Shown here: piece by piece, positions 28,966 to 38,793 of the stretch
Numbering within the stretch: position 1 is the stretch's first letter
How the letters are laid out: every line of letters starts with the position of its first letter
Source: an uncultured Hyphomicrobium sp.
GTDB taxonomy: Bacteria; Pseudomonadota; Alphaproteobacteria; Rhizobiales; Hyphomicrobiaceae
DNA: 64,000 nucleotides
Direction: 5' to 3'
NCBI GenBank assembly: GCA_964458265.1
Contig: CAYWIF010000013.1
Location: 17,190-81,189, forward strand
Notes under the pieces: generated by a model
Databases searched by the model: none
What the model was told of the DNA's origin: nothing
Seen by the model: only the letters and a program-made list of their open reading frames with translations
Program-made: the position numbers and the translations under genes

Positions 28966-29338
28966 TTTTGAGGGTGGAAACGGGCTGAGATCAGCCCGGA
29001 CGGTCGTTATACGCCATTCCGGGGCGGATAGGATGCCTCGGCAGATTGCATTGCACCATGCCAGACTGCCGCCAAATCAGCCATGTGCGACCGGACGGCT
29101 CAGCTGCGATGGTCAAAAATAAAGCTTTTCCTGACTCGCGATTGACCAATTACTCAAAGCAGTTGCCGTTGTGTGACACCGAGACTCGAACCCAATGAGA
29201 ATAACCGGTCTTTGCTTGTGGAAGCCCGCCTTTTCCTGCTTTCCTGATCTCCAGCAGGCGCCGATTCAGTCGGCAGTTCATTCCGGTGCGGGTGGACGAC
29301 ACGGGGCCGGTGCAGAGACAATGGACGGGGGTTTTAGC

Positions 29339-30058
29339 ATGACGATCAAGAAAACACTTATCGGAGCCGCGAGCGTAGCAGCCCTCGCCCTCGCCGCGAC
29401 TGTCGCTCCGGCTGCCGCTGAAGAGCGCGAATTCAGTTGGTCGATGACGGTCGGCGGCACTTCGGACTACGTGTTCCGCGGTATCTCGCTTTCATCCGAA
29501 GATCCTGCGGCCCAGGGCTCGCTCGACATGAGCTACGGCATTTTCTATGCTGGCGCGTGGGCCTCCAACGTCGACGGCGCTGGATTTGAGCCCTGGGAAC
29601 TCGACCTCTACATGGGCATCAAGCCGGTGCTCGGCCCGGTCACGTTTGACTTCGGCGTTGTCGGTTATCTCTATCCCGCCGCTCAGAACTCCGGCGATTA
29701 TGTCGAGTTCAAAGCTGGCGCATCCATGGAACTCGTCAAGAACCTAACGGGTGGAGCGACGTTCTGGTGGGCTCCCGACCAGGATAACTATCCCGATACC
29801 TACGCCATCGAAGGAACGCTGGCCTACGCTTTGCCGCAGATGGGAATTTTCGCGCCGTCGATCAGCGGGCTGTACGGTTACTCCGAGTCGGATGGACCGG
29901 GCTTCTTCCTCGGCGAGGACGAGTATAGCTACTGGAACGTCGGTCTTTCGGTCGGGGTCGAAAAGTTTTCGATGGACTTCCGTTATTGGGATACGGACAT
30001 CAACGACGGCCTTGCCGACGAGCGCTTTGTATTCTCGGCCAAGGTCACGCTGCCCTAG
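29339..30058 (+). CDS. TorF-family putative outer-membrane porin
   Basis: 239 aa from ATG 29339. Signal peptide, GGTSDYVFRGISLS...YAGAWASNV, C-terminal aromatic-rich beta-strand pattern. Confidence 0.7.
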   Translation: MTIKKTLIGAASVAALALAATVAPAAAEEREFSWSMTVGGTSDYVFRGISLSSEDPAAQGSLDMSYGIFYAGAWASNVDGAGFEPWELDLYMGIKPVLGPVTFDFGVVGYLYPAAQNSGDYVEFKAGASMELVKNLTGGATFWWAPDQDNYPDTYAIEGTLAYALPQMGIFAPSISGLYGYSESDGPGFFLGEDEYSYWNVGLSVGVEKFSMDFRYWDTDINDGLADERFVFSAKVTLP

Positions 30059-30082
30059 TCTGGAAGCACATGCTTCAACGGA

Positions 30083-30113
30083 AACGGGACCCTCGCGGGT
30101 CCCGTTTTCGTTT
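30083..30113 (+). terminator. Rho-independent terminator of the porin gene
   Basis: Perfect 10-bp stem AACGGGACCC / GGGTCCCGTT, 4-nt loop TCGC, followed by TTCGTTT. Confidence 0.85.
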
Positions 30114-30479
30114 GGGAACACGGGACTAGCCTCCATTTATCGGGGGCTGCGCCGCCGCTGGCGGGTATAGGAAGCACCTTTTTCCCTGTCACGGGGGCGT
30201 CATTCCCCCGTCAAACCGGTGTTGCGCAGGTTTCCTACATATTGGGTGCCGGTCGATAGCCGGACGTTCCCGAGCGGCACGCCCTCTCGCAGCCGGGAAC
30301 GGGAGCAGTTAGAGGCCAGCCGCCGCCCGCCCGGACATGCCCCCGCAGCCCGGTCGAAGCGTCCGCTGGTCTCGTTTGCTTCTCGAAGCGCTCTACCCTC
30401 CGCATATCCCCCGTCATCACGCCGCGCCGCTTGATCCGCCGCCTCCCCGTCCGTTAACTCGCCGGACACGGGGGCCGCA

Positions 30480-31244
30480 GTGATTCTGACAATCCTTATC
30501 ATGGTCATGGCGACGGTCGCGATCGCGGCTTATGGGCTGGCGCCTCGTCTGGGTCAGCACCGCGTCGTCTATCCGCAAACGCCAGATGCGCCGGTCCCGT
30601 TCGGCTATCAGATGGCCTGGCTGGCGATCCGCACGCGCGACACTGCGGCCGTGGTGGAGGCATTGGGGCTCGGGTCCGTTCAGCCGTGCAACTGGAACGC
30701 AGGCATCGGCACCGTCTACGATCCCCGTCTTGGGCAAAACACCATCTTTGTTTCGCCGCCTGTCAATGGCTGGACATTTGTTGTCGGGCTGCCGCTGCCC
30801 CAACCGATCGGCCGCGCCTTTGTCGACAAAGCGACCCCGCTACTCGCCGGCCTCGGTAGCCGCTTCTCAGAGGTGCAATTTTTCGTCGCCTTCCCGCCCG
30901 TCGATTTGTTCGCCTGGGCACGGCTCATCGACGGCCGGCTGGTTCGCGCCTTCGCCATCGGCGACAGCGGCATCATCTGGAACAAGGGCAAGACGACGCG
31001 GGAAGAGCGCTCTCTCGGCTTGAAGCTATTCGAGTTGCGCGGCGTCCGCGACCGGCGCGGCGACGCCGGCGGTCCGCTCATCCTGCACCCGACCGAAAGC
31101 CACGTCATGCAATTGGCGCGCAAGTGGAGCCTCGATCCCACGCGGCTTGGCCCCAATGTGCCCGATACACATAGCGACGGCATGGGCTTGATTGCCGACG
31201 CCCCGCATCATTGGCGCGTCGAACGCATCCGCAAGTCCGCCTGA
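30480..31244 (+). CDS. Hypothetical membrane-anchored protein, no family recognised
   Basis: 254 aa from GTG 30480. N-terminal TM (ILTILIMVMATVAIAAYGL). Codon usage looks native. ATG 30501 or 30507 are alternative starts. Confidence 0.5.
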   Translation: MILTILIMVMATVAIAAYGLAPRLGQHRVVYPQTPDAPVPFGYQMAWLAIRTRDTAAVVEALGLGSVQPCNWNAGIGTVYDPRLGQNTIFVSPPVNGWTFVVGLPLPQPIGRAFVDKATPLLAGLGSRFSEVQFFVAFPPVDLFAWARLIDGRLVRAFAIGDSGIIWNKGKTTREERSLGLKLFELRGVRDRRGDAGGPLILHPTESHVMQLARKWSLDPTRLGPNVPDTHSDGMGLIADAPHHWRVERIRKSA

Positions 31245-31257
31245 TCGCCGGCGAAAA

Positions 31258-31746
31258 TTAGTTAAACAGCGCCGCGATCTCCCGATCGGCCGCTTCGATC
31301 TGTTTCGACCTGCGCACGCTCGACAAATCGACCACTTCGGCGCGCGTGTTCCGGTCGCCCGAATAGAGACGCCCAAGCACGACGCCGCGCTTGGCCTCCA
31401 CCTGCCGCTTCAAAACGCAAATAGCGACAACCGGCTTCGGCTTGCCGGCCACCGGCAACCGCGGCTTTGACCGGGCGCGGCTCGTCGGCGCATTCATGCG
31501 CGCGACGCTCTGCAACTGGGCCGCCAACGGGCGATGGGCCGGCACCGCCGCACGCGCTGTCACGGGAACCAGCTCCACAACCTCGCCGGCCTGACGAATG
31601 AATTCTACAGGTTGAGGCGATGGAACCGATCCCGCCGCTTTCCCCCGGGCCTGGCTATCGAAAGGCAGCACGACGGCGCCCTGGCCCGCCCCTTCCGCAT
31701 CTTGCCGCCACAACACGCGCAACAGGCGCGTCAATAAACCGAGCAT
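31258..31746 (-). CDS. Hypothetical protein, no family recognised
   Basis: 162 aa from ATG 31746 (MLGLLTRLL). The track ORF extends to 31782. Convergent with the previous ORF across a 13-nt gap. Confidence 0.4.
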   Translation of the reverse strand: MLGLLTRLLRVLWRQDAEGAGQGAVVLPFDSQARGKAAGSVPSPQPVEFIRQAGEVVELVPVTARAAVPAHRPLAAQLQSVARMNAPTSRARSKPRLPVAGKPKPVVAICVLKRQVEAKRGVVLGRLYSGDRNTRAEVVDLSSVRRSKQIEAADREIAALFN

Positions 31747-31876
31747 GCTTGCATTCCCCACTGAGACCGGCGTCGCCGCCACTGTCCTGAGGACTAAAGT
31801 GAACGCTTATCACTAAAGCGAGGTTAAGCCCTGTACCGGCTAGGGAAACAGCCGTAGCCGCCACGTCCCCAACGGA

Positions 31877-32281
31877 CTAGTCGGCAAGGCCGGACGAACG
31901 CGCTGCCGCCGCTTCCCGATCCGATTTCCGCCCGGTCCCGCCGTCCGCGTGCTGATGCGCCATCGCGAAACACGGCATCGCCCGGGTTTCACCGTGCATA
32001 CGGTTCAAAGCGAGCGCGACGCACGCCGTTCGCTGCTCCCGCAGCGTGCCGGTCTCCAGTCTTGAAGGCGCAGCAGGCTCCTGAAATGCCGGCGAAGCGG
32101 TGCGGGACGCCGCCACGGTATCGCTGCCGAAAACCGCCGTGTTGACCAGCGACCAGAAACCGATGGCGTGCCAGAACGCAATGCCGGCCACGAAGCCCCC
32201 ACCAGCCCACAGCACGGCCGCCGGTGAACGAACCGTTTGGCCGGTGTCACTGTGCCGGACCGCGTGCGAGCTACGAATCAT
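31877..32281 (-). CDS. Hypothetical small membrane protein
   Basis: 134 aa. One clear TM (VLWAGGGFVAGIAFWHAIGFWSLV). No family recognised. Confidence 0.4.
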   Translation of the reverse strand: MIRSSHAVRHSDTGQTVRSPAAVLWAGGGFVAGIAFWHAIGFWSLVNTAVFGSDTVAASRTASPAFQEPAAPSRLETGTLREQRTACVALALNRMHGETRAMPCFAMAHQHADGGTGRKSDREAAAARSSGLAD

Positions 32282-32397
32282 AGCTTAAGTGTGGAGGCGT
32301 AGACCGCTATCCGGCAAGCGCGCGGCGATGGTCGCGGATCGCCGGACGGACCTTTCCACAACGCCGGCAAGTCCGGTCTCTTTGCAGGGTGCCCGTG

Positions 32398-33174
32398 TCA
32401 GCGTGGTCCCGGCAAGGGCGACGGACGCCGCTCGTAGAGAACATCATCCTCGCGCTTCGTCGATCGGACCGGCGGCACGGCGATCTGGGCCGAGGAACAC
32501 AGCCGGCGCTCATCCTCGTTCGGGCCGCAGGGAACTGGCTTTGGATCTTTCGAAAAGCAGATCCGCACTTCACGCAGTCGCCCCCGGTCCCCGCGCGCGC
32601 AAGAAACCGCAATCGACGCTTCGGGCAATCCGGGATTGGCCGCAGCAAACGCCCGCTTCAAGTCGCGCGGCGCGACGAATTGGGTCTCGAATGGATTGAT
32701 GTAGTCCTCTGGAATCCGGATCGACTTGAAAAGCTGCCGCGACAGCGTGAAGTAGCCCTGCACATCAAGACCGGAGCACGTCCCGTGTTTGCGGTATTCG
32801 TGAATAACGAGTCCGCGGCTCGGCATGATGTCGAGCATGCTGCCGATCACGGCTTCGGGCACAAACGGACGCCTGGGCGTGCGGCACTCCTGCGGCCAGC
32901 CGCGCGTATATTGCGGCCATAGCCCGTGCAGCACGAAGGCGTAGCGCTTCCCATCGCGCCGGTTGCACTGCAGATCGTCGTCCTCACCGTCGGGAGTAGA
33001 GCAGTGCGTCGGGCTCCACGACAGGACGAGCGCGTAATAGTCGAACTTCCCGGCGATGTGGTCCGGCCGCCTGTCGCGGTCGCTTTCGTCCCAACGCAAT
33101 TGAGCCTGTGCCGCCGGCGACGGTGCCAACCCGGCGGCCAAGACCATGAAGAATGTGAAAGTGTAAGCGGTCAT
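32398..33174 (-). CDS. Ribonuclease T2 family protein with signal peptide
   Basis: CAS I FVLHGLWPQ and CAS II HEYRKHGTCSG motifs. Signal peptide MTAYTFTFFMVLAAGLAPSPAAQAQ from ATG 33174. The track ORF start at 33279 would overlap the next gene. Confidence 0.85.
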   Translation of the reverse strand: MTAYTFTFFMVLAAGLAPSPAAQAQLRWDESDRDRRPDHIAGKFDYYALVLSWSPTHCSTPDGEDDDLQCNRRDGKRYAFVLHGLWPQYTRGWPQECRTPRRPFVPEAVIGSMLDIMPSRGLVIHEYRKHGTCSGLDVQGYFTLSRQLFKSIRIPEDYINPFETQFVAPRDLKRAFAAANPGLPEASIAVSCARGDRGRLREVRICFSKDPKPVPCGPNEDERRLCSSAQIAVPPVRSTKREDDVLYERRPSPLPGPR

Positions 33175-33262
33175 GCGCACGGCTTCGAAACTCCAAGTGA
33201 GGCGCGGCACCCTAGCGGACCATTGTCGAAGTGCAATCCCTGCACGCAGGTAGCGGGTGTCC

Positions 33263-34666
33263 TCACCGCGCCTCGGCAAAAGCCGCCAGAATTCGTGCCC
33301 AGCTTCGCGCGCCCTTCGTGAAGCTCGTCAGATTGTATTTTTCGTTCGGGCTGTGAATGCGATCGTCGTCGAGACCGTATCCGACGAGCAGGCTGTCCAT
33401 GCCCAGTACGTCCTTGAACGACGACACAATGGGTATCGATCCGCCGCAACCCATCAGGATTGCGGGCTGCCCCCATTCCGCCTCGAGCGCCGTTGCCGCC
33501 GAACGCACCGCCGGCGAAGACGTGTCAAAGCCGACCGCCGCGCTCCCCCGGCCGCCGATGAAATCCACCGTGCAGTCCGGCGGAAGGTGCGCGCGGATAT
33601 GGTCTTGCAGGAGCTTCAGGCATCGCTCGGGGTCCTGCCCCGGCACCAGCCGGCAGGTGATCTTGACCGAAGCCTTCGACGGGATCACCGTCTTCGATCC
33701 AGCACCCTGGTACCCACCGGTAATACCGTTGAACTCCACCGTCGGCCGGGCCCAGAGCTGCTCGATCACCGAGCACCCCTTTTCTCCTGCGGCAGTCTTC
33801 AGCCCCACGGATGAAAGAAACGGCCCCTCGGCGCGCGCCGAAAGCGCGGCCCATTGCTGCCGCTGCTCATCGGGAAGCGGTTCGATCCCGTCTAGAAATC
33901 CTGCAATTGCGATCCCGCCGTCATCGTCATGGATCGAAGCGATCGCTTTGGCCAACGCGCGGATCGGATTGACAGCCGGGCCGCCGTACATGCCCGAATG
34001 CAGATCGCGCGACGGACCCGTCACGATGGCTTCCGTTCCCGCAAGCCCGCGCAGCATGGTCGTGATCGCCGGCGTATCCTTGTCCCACTGCCCCGTGTCG
34101 CAGACGAGGACGAGATCAGCCTTCAGCTCATCTCCCGATGCCGTCAGGAAGGCCGGCAGCGACGGCGAACCGCACTCCTCCTCGCCCTCCAGCATCACGG
34201 AAACCGCGACCGGCAGTTCGCCCGCGATCTCCTTCCACGCCCGCGCCGCTTCGAAAAAGGTCATCAACTGACCTTTGTTGTCTTGCGCGCCGCGGGCGAC
34301 GATGACCTGTCCGTTCCCAGGCTCGTCTGAAATTCTGGGTTCGAAAGGCGCACTCGTCCATAATTCCAATGGATCGGCCGGCTGCACGTCGTAGTGTCCG
34401 TAAAAGAGCACGTGCGGCTGACCCGGCGTGCGCACGTTCCGATCATGCCCGACGACCATGGGATGCCCGGTGGTGTCGCGCACGTTCGCATCAAAGCCAA
34501 TGTCGCGCAGCGCCTCCGCGCACCATTCGGCGGCCTTCCTGCATGATGGCGCGTAAGCCGGATCCGTCGAAACGCTGTCGATCCGGAGCAACTGGAACAG
34601 CCGCTCCAAACCCGCATCCCGGTTCTGGTCGAGTCGGTCGAGTACGGCGGGCAGGTGTTTATTCAT
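33263..34666 (-). CDS. M20 family metallopeptidase (dipeptidase / ArgE-DapE-like)
   Basis: 467 aa from ATG 34666 (MNKHLPAV). [19 protein letters not shown] and LEGEEECGS metal-site motifs. Confidence 0.8.
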   Translation of the reverse strand: MNKHLPAVLDRLDQNRDAGLERLFQLLRIDSVSTDPAYAPSCRKAAEWCAEALRDIGFDANVRDTTGHPMVVGHDRNVRTPGQPHVLFYGHYDVQPADPLELWTSAPFEPRISDEPGNGQVIVARGAQDNKGQLMTFFEAARAWKEIAGELPVAVSVMLEGEEECGSPSLPAFLTASGDELKADLVLVCDTGQWDKDTPAITTMLRGLAGTEAIVTGPSRDLHSGMYGGPAVNPIRALAKAIASIHDDDGGIAIAGFLDGIEPLPDEQRQQWAALSARAEGPFLSSVGLKTAAGEKGCSVIEQLWARPTVEFNGITGGYQGAGSKTVIPSKASVKITCRLVPGQDPERCLKLLQDHIRAHLPPDCTVDFIGGRGSAAVGFDTSSPAVRSAATALEAEWGQPAILMGCGGSIPIVSSFKDVLGMDSLLVGYGLDDDRIHSPNEKYNLTSFTKGARSWARILAAFAEAR

Positions 34667-34883
34667 GGACGTCTCACGATGAAGCAGCATCGGCTACGGC
34701 GTATCCAATTGGGGACACGGCGACAAGGTGGCGGAACCCCGCCTTTTGCACCTGCGCCTGACCTGCTATGCCAGCAAGCTGAGGCGATGTCGCGACGCCT
34801 CGTAGTCGCGATGCAACTTGTGCCCTGGACGAGCGGCGCGAAACGCGCGCGACCGGAAACCACGCGACCGGAAATTGAGCAAC

Positions 34884-37571
34884 ATGCCAGCTTGGGTCTA
34901 TCGGTTCGGCCCCGATCAAACGGATGGCCACGCGGGTCTGACCGACGAACTCGGCGGCAAGGGCGCGAATTTGGCCGAGATGGCCCGCCTCGGTCTGCCG
35001 GTACCCCCGGGATTTACGATCTCGACCCGTGTCTGCCGTTATTTCTTTGCCAACGGTGAAACTCTCCCCGGCGGACTCGAAAGCGATATTCGCGACGCCG
35101 TGGCGTCGATGGGCCGCGCCACGGGCGCCACATTCGGCGATCCGCGAAATCCTCTTCTTCTCGCGGTTCGCTCGGGCGCCGCGATTTCAATGCCTGGTAT
35201 GATGGATACGATCCTCAACCTCGGCCTCAACGACGAAACCGTCGACGGTCTCGCCCGCCATTCCGGCGACGCGCGCTTCGCCTACGACAGCTACCGGCGC
35301 TTCATCGAGATGTACGGCGATGTCGTTCTCGGCGTCGACCACGGGCTCTTTGCCGACCTTCTGGACAACTTCAAGAACCTGAATGCACTTGCGTCCGATA
35401 CGGAACTGACCGCCGAGCAATGGCGCGATGTCATCGGCCGCTACAAGGCAGCCGTTCGCGACGAAACCGCCGGCGACTTTCCGCAGGATACCAACGAGCA
35501 GCTTCTGCGCGCCATCCACGCTGTCCTCAAGTCCTGGCGCAACGAGCGCGCCGACAGCTATCGCCGGCTGCACGCCATTCCCGAAGACATGGGAACCGCC
35601 GTGACAGTACAGGCGATGGTTTTCGGCAACCGGGGAGAAACGTCTGCGACAGGTGTAGCCTTCACGCGCAATCCCGCAACGGGCGCCAAGGAAATCTACG
35701 GCGAATACCTTCCCAATGCGCAAGGCGAAGACATCGTCGCCGGCACGCGCACGCCGCTCCGCTTGACGGAGAAGTCGCGCACCGACCTGAATGCGAAAGA
35801 AGCTTCGCTTGAAACGGTCATGCCGCAGGCCTTCGCGGAACTGAAGGCCATCTTTGCACGCCTGGAAGCGCATTACCGCGACATGCAGGATGTGGAATTC
35901 ACAATCCAGGAGGGCAAGGTCTGGATGCTCCAGACCCGATCGGGCAAGCGCTCGGCCGAAGCCGCATTGAAAATTGCCGTCGATCTGGTCGAGGAGCAAA
36001 TCATCTCGCGCGACGAAGCCGTGATGATGGTCGAACCGCAGGCCTTGTCGCATCTCCTTCATCCCCGCATCGAGGAGGGCGCCAAGAAGGATCTGATTGC
36101 CCGTGGTCTTCCCGCGTCGCCGGGCGCAGCCACCGGCGAAATCGTTCTCACCTCCGACGAAGCGGAAGTCATGCGCGCGCAGGGACGCCATGTGATCCTT
36201 GTGCGGGTCGAGACCAGCGCCGAAGACATCAATGGAATGAGTGCCGCCGTCGGTGTTCTCACCCAACGTGGCGGGTTGACGAGCCATGCTGCGGTGGTTG
36301 CCCGCAGCATGGGCCTTCCGTGCATTTCCGGCGCGGGCGCCATTCGCATCGATATGGCCCAAGGCGTCGTGCGCACGGCTCAGCGCACGTTCAACCGCGG
36401 CGACGTCATCACGATCGATGGCACCACCGGCGAAGTCCTTGCCGGCGCCGTCCCCATGCGGCAGCCGGAACTGTCAGCCGATTTCGCGACCCTGATTGCC
36501 TGGGCTGATACCTTCCGCGGCCTCAAGGTCCGCGCCAATGCCGACACCCCGCGCGATACGCTTCAGGCCCGCAAGCTCGGCGCTGAAGGCATCGGCCTTT
36601 GTCGCACGGAGCACATGTTTTTCGACGCCTCGCGCATCCTCGCCATGCGGGAGATGATCTGCGCCAACGACGAAAAAGGCCGTCGCGCTGCGCTGGCAAG
36701 AATTTTGCCGATGCAGCGTTCCGATTTCGTCGAACTGTTTCGCATCATGGACGGCGATCCGGTCACCATTCGGCTCCTTGATCCGCCGTTGCACGAGTTC
36801 CTGCCCCGCCACGACGCGGAGTTGGCCCCCATTGCCGAAGCGCTCGGCATCACGCTCGATCGATTGAAAACGCGTGTTGCCGAGTTGTCCGAATTCAACC
36901 CCATGCTGGGCTTCCGCGGCTGCCGGCTCGCAATCCGCTATCCGGAAATTACCGAGATGCAGGCTCGCGCCATCTTTGAAGCTTCGATCGAAGCACAAAA
37001 ACAAATGAACCGGCCTGTCTTACCGGAAATCATGATCCCGCTCGTCGCTTACCGCCGGGAGTTCGACATTCTGGCCGGCGTCATCCGCGCCACGGCCGAG
37101 AAAGTCGAACAGGAGGCCGGCTGCCGCCTTTCCTATCAGATCGGCACCATGATCGAACTGCCCCGCGCCGCCTTGCGCGCGCAGGAGTTGAGCGAGGGAC
37201 GGGGCGGCGCGGAGTTCTTCTCGTTCGGCACCAACGACCTCACGCAGACCTGCCTCGGGCTTTCTCGCGACGACGCCGCGCCCATTCTGTCGAACTATGC
37301 CGGCAAAGGCATTTTCGACCGCGACCCGTTCGTTTCGATCGACGAGGACGGCGTCGGCGAACTGATCCGGATCGGTATCGCCGGCGGTCGCGCCGGGCGC
37401 GCCGGTCTCAAGATAGGTGTTTGCGGCGAGCACGGCGGCGATGCGCACTCCGTGGCGTTCTTCCACGATCTGGGACTGGACTACGTGTCCTGCTCGCCGT
37501 TCCGGGTTCCGATTGCGCGACTGGCCGCTGCGCGCGCTGCGATCGTTGCGCGCCGTCGCGGCGAGAGTTGA
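34884..37571 (+). CDS. ppdK: Pyruvate, phosphate dikinase
   Basis: 895 aa from ATG 34884. GGKGANLAEM, phospho-His GGLTSHAAVVAR, C-terminal CGEHGGD. Confidence 0.95.
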   Translation: MPAWVYRFGPDQTDGHAGLTDELGGKGANLAEMARLGLPVPPGFTISTRVCRYFFANGETLPGGLESDIRDAVASMGRATGATFGDPRNPLLLAVRSGAAISMPGMMDTILNLGLNDETVDGLARHSGDARFAYDSYRRFIEMYGDVVLGVDHGLFADLLDNFKNLNALASDTELTAEQWRDVIGRYKAAVRDETAGDFPQDTNEQLLRAIHAVLKSWRNERADSYRRLHAIPEDMGTAVTVQAMVFGNRGETSATGVAFTRNPATGAKEIYGEYLPNAQGEDIVAGTRTPLRLTEKSRTDLNAKEASLETVMPQAFAELKAIFARLEAHYRDMQDVEFTIQEGKVWMLQTRSGKRSAEAALKIAVDLVEEQIISRDEAVMMVEPQALSHLLHPRIEEGAKKDLIARGLPASPGAATGEIVLTSDEAEVMRAQGRHVILVRVETSAEDINGMSAAVGVLTQRGGLTSHAAVVARSMGLPCISGAGAIRIDMAQGVVRTAQRTFNRGDVITIDGTTGEVLAGAVPMRQPELSADFATLIAWADTFRGLKVRANADTPRDTLQARKLGAEGIGLCRTEHMFFDASRILAMREMICANDEKGRRAALARILPMQRSDFVELFRIMDGDPVTIRLLDPPLHEFLPRHDAELAPIAEALGITLDRLKTRVAELSEFNPMLGFRGCRLAIRYPEITEMQARAIFEASIEAQKQMNRPVLPEIMIPLVAYRREFDILAGVIRATAEKVEQEAGCRLSYQIGTMIELPRAALRAQELSEGRGGAEFFSFGTNDLTQTCLGLSRDDAAPILSNYAGKGIFDRDPFVSIDEDGVGELIRIGIAGGRAGRAGLKIGVCGEHGGDAHSVAFFHDLGLDYVSCSPFRVPIARLAAARAAIVARRRGES

Positions 37572-37587
37572 AAGCGCTGACCTATGT

Positions 37588-37809
37588 CTAAAGAAAGCTG
37601 CGGTCGGGATCGCCGTCGTCGCCGAGGCGCCGGCGCACGGGCGCAGGACCGGAATTCTTCGGCGTAAGGAGGATTGCCAGCACGAAGGGCGGGAAAACAA
37701 AGCACCATGCCGCCCAAGAGGAGTAGTCCCGGTTTTTCATAGCAGCGAGAATGCCGCCGGTGAGCGCCGAGATGAGCGCCACTGCGCCCCAAATGACGAT
37801 GTAGGTCAT
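37588..37809 (-). CDS. Small two-TM membrane protein, hypothetical
   Basis: 73 aa from ATG 37809, preceded by GAGGAGA. Two hydrophobic helices. Confidence 0.5.
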   Translation of the reverse strand: MTYIVIWGAVALISALTGGILAAMKNRDYSSWAAWCFVFPPFVLAILLTPKNSGPAPVRRRLGDDGDPDRSFL

Positions 37810-37941
37810 GGTCTCCTCATAGGCCCGAAGGTCACTGGAACGGCTCCGCATCCGGGCAGCCAAGCACTTGGGCGATGATTGCGGCAAAAGCAAGCAGCGG
37901 CGGGCGCACATCCTTATGGTCGTCTGGGGTGTGCTGCTGCC

Positions 37942-38793
37942 TTAGCCAGCAAAATCGAGCCCGAGATCGAGCACCGGCGCGGAGTGCGTCAGTGCGCCGG
38001 CCGAAATGAGATCGACGCCCGTTTCGGCGATCGCGCGCACCGTCGTCAGATTGACCCCGCCCGACGCCTCCGTCATGGCCCGTCCGGCCACCATCCTCAC
38101 GGCGTCGCGCAACATCTGAGGTGTCATATTGTCGAGCAGTACGGCATCGACCTTATGTTTCAATACCGCTGCGAGTTGATCCAGCGTGTCGACCTCGACC
38201 TCGATCTTCACCATGTGACCCGCGTAGGCGCGTGCGCGCGCAATCGCGTCGTCGATTCCGCCCGCCGCCACGATGTGATTGTCCTTGATGAGGATCGCAT
38301 CGAAAAGACCCGTGCGGTGGTTCTGGCCCCCACCGCAGCGCACCGCAAACTTCTCGAACGCGCGTAAACCTGGGGTCGTCTTGCGCGTATCAGCGATCGC
38401 GGCCCCTGTGCCGCTAATCGCATCCACATAGCGCCGCGTCAGAGAAGCAATGCCGCTGAGCCGCCCGAGATAATTGAGCGCCACCCGTTCCCCGGTGAGA
38501 ATGGCCCGCGCGTTGCCCGTTATGCGCGCAATCGCGTCGCCCGCCACCACAGCGTCGCCATCAAGTTTGAGCCGCTTGAAAACCACGCCGGCATCCAGCG
38601 CCGCGAATGCCGCCTCGGCCAGATCGAGCCCCGCGACAACGCCTCTCTGCCGCGATACGATCGCCGCATCCGCCGTCGTGTCCGGGGCGACCGTCGCATC
38701 GGTCGTCAGATCGCCTGCCAGACCCAAGTCCTCGGCCAGCGCCTCCCTCACGGCCCGCTGCACGAGCGCCTTCGGCAATTGCGGCAGGCTCAC
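37942..38793 (-). CDS. nadC: Nicotinate-nucleotide pyrophosphorylase (carboxylating)
   Basis: 283 aa. [10 protein letters not shown] and ILIKDNH motifs. GTG start overlaps the nadB stop (GTGA 38790-38793). Confidence 0.9.
   Translation of the reverse strand: MSLPQLPKALVQRAVREALAEDLGLAGDLTTDATVAPDTTADAAIVSRQRGVVAGLDLAEAAFAALDAGVVFKRLKLDGDAVVAGDAIARITGNARAILTGERVALNYLGRLSGIASLTRRYVDAISGTGAAIADTRKTTPGLRAFEKFAVRCGGGQNHRTGLFDAILIKDNHIVAAGGIDDAIARARAYAGHMVKIEVEVDTLDQLAAVLKHKVDAVLLDNMTPQMLRDAVRMVAGRAMTEASGGVNLTTVRAIAETGVDLISAGALTHSAPVLDLGLDFAG

Noticed and set aside
29171-29215. tRNA T-arm-like string (reverse complement GGGTTCGAGTCTC), a possible tRNA remnant or att site
   Set aside because: The flanking bases do not form a proper T-stem (mostly G-U pairs), acceptor stem or CCA end, and no integrase or other mobile gene is nearby.
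35187-36362. 391-aa minus-strand ORF
   Set aside because: Antisense shadow of ppdK.
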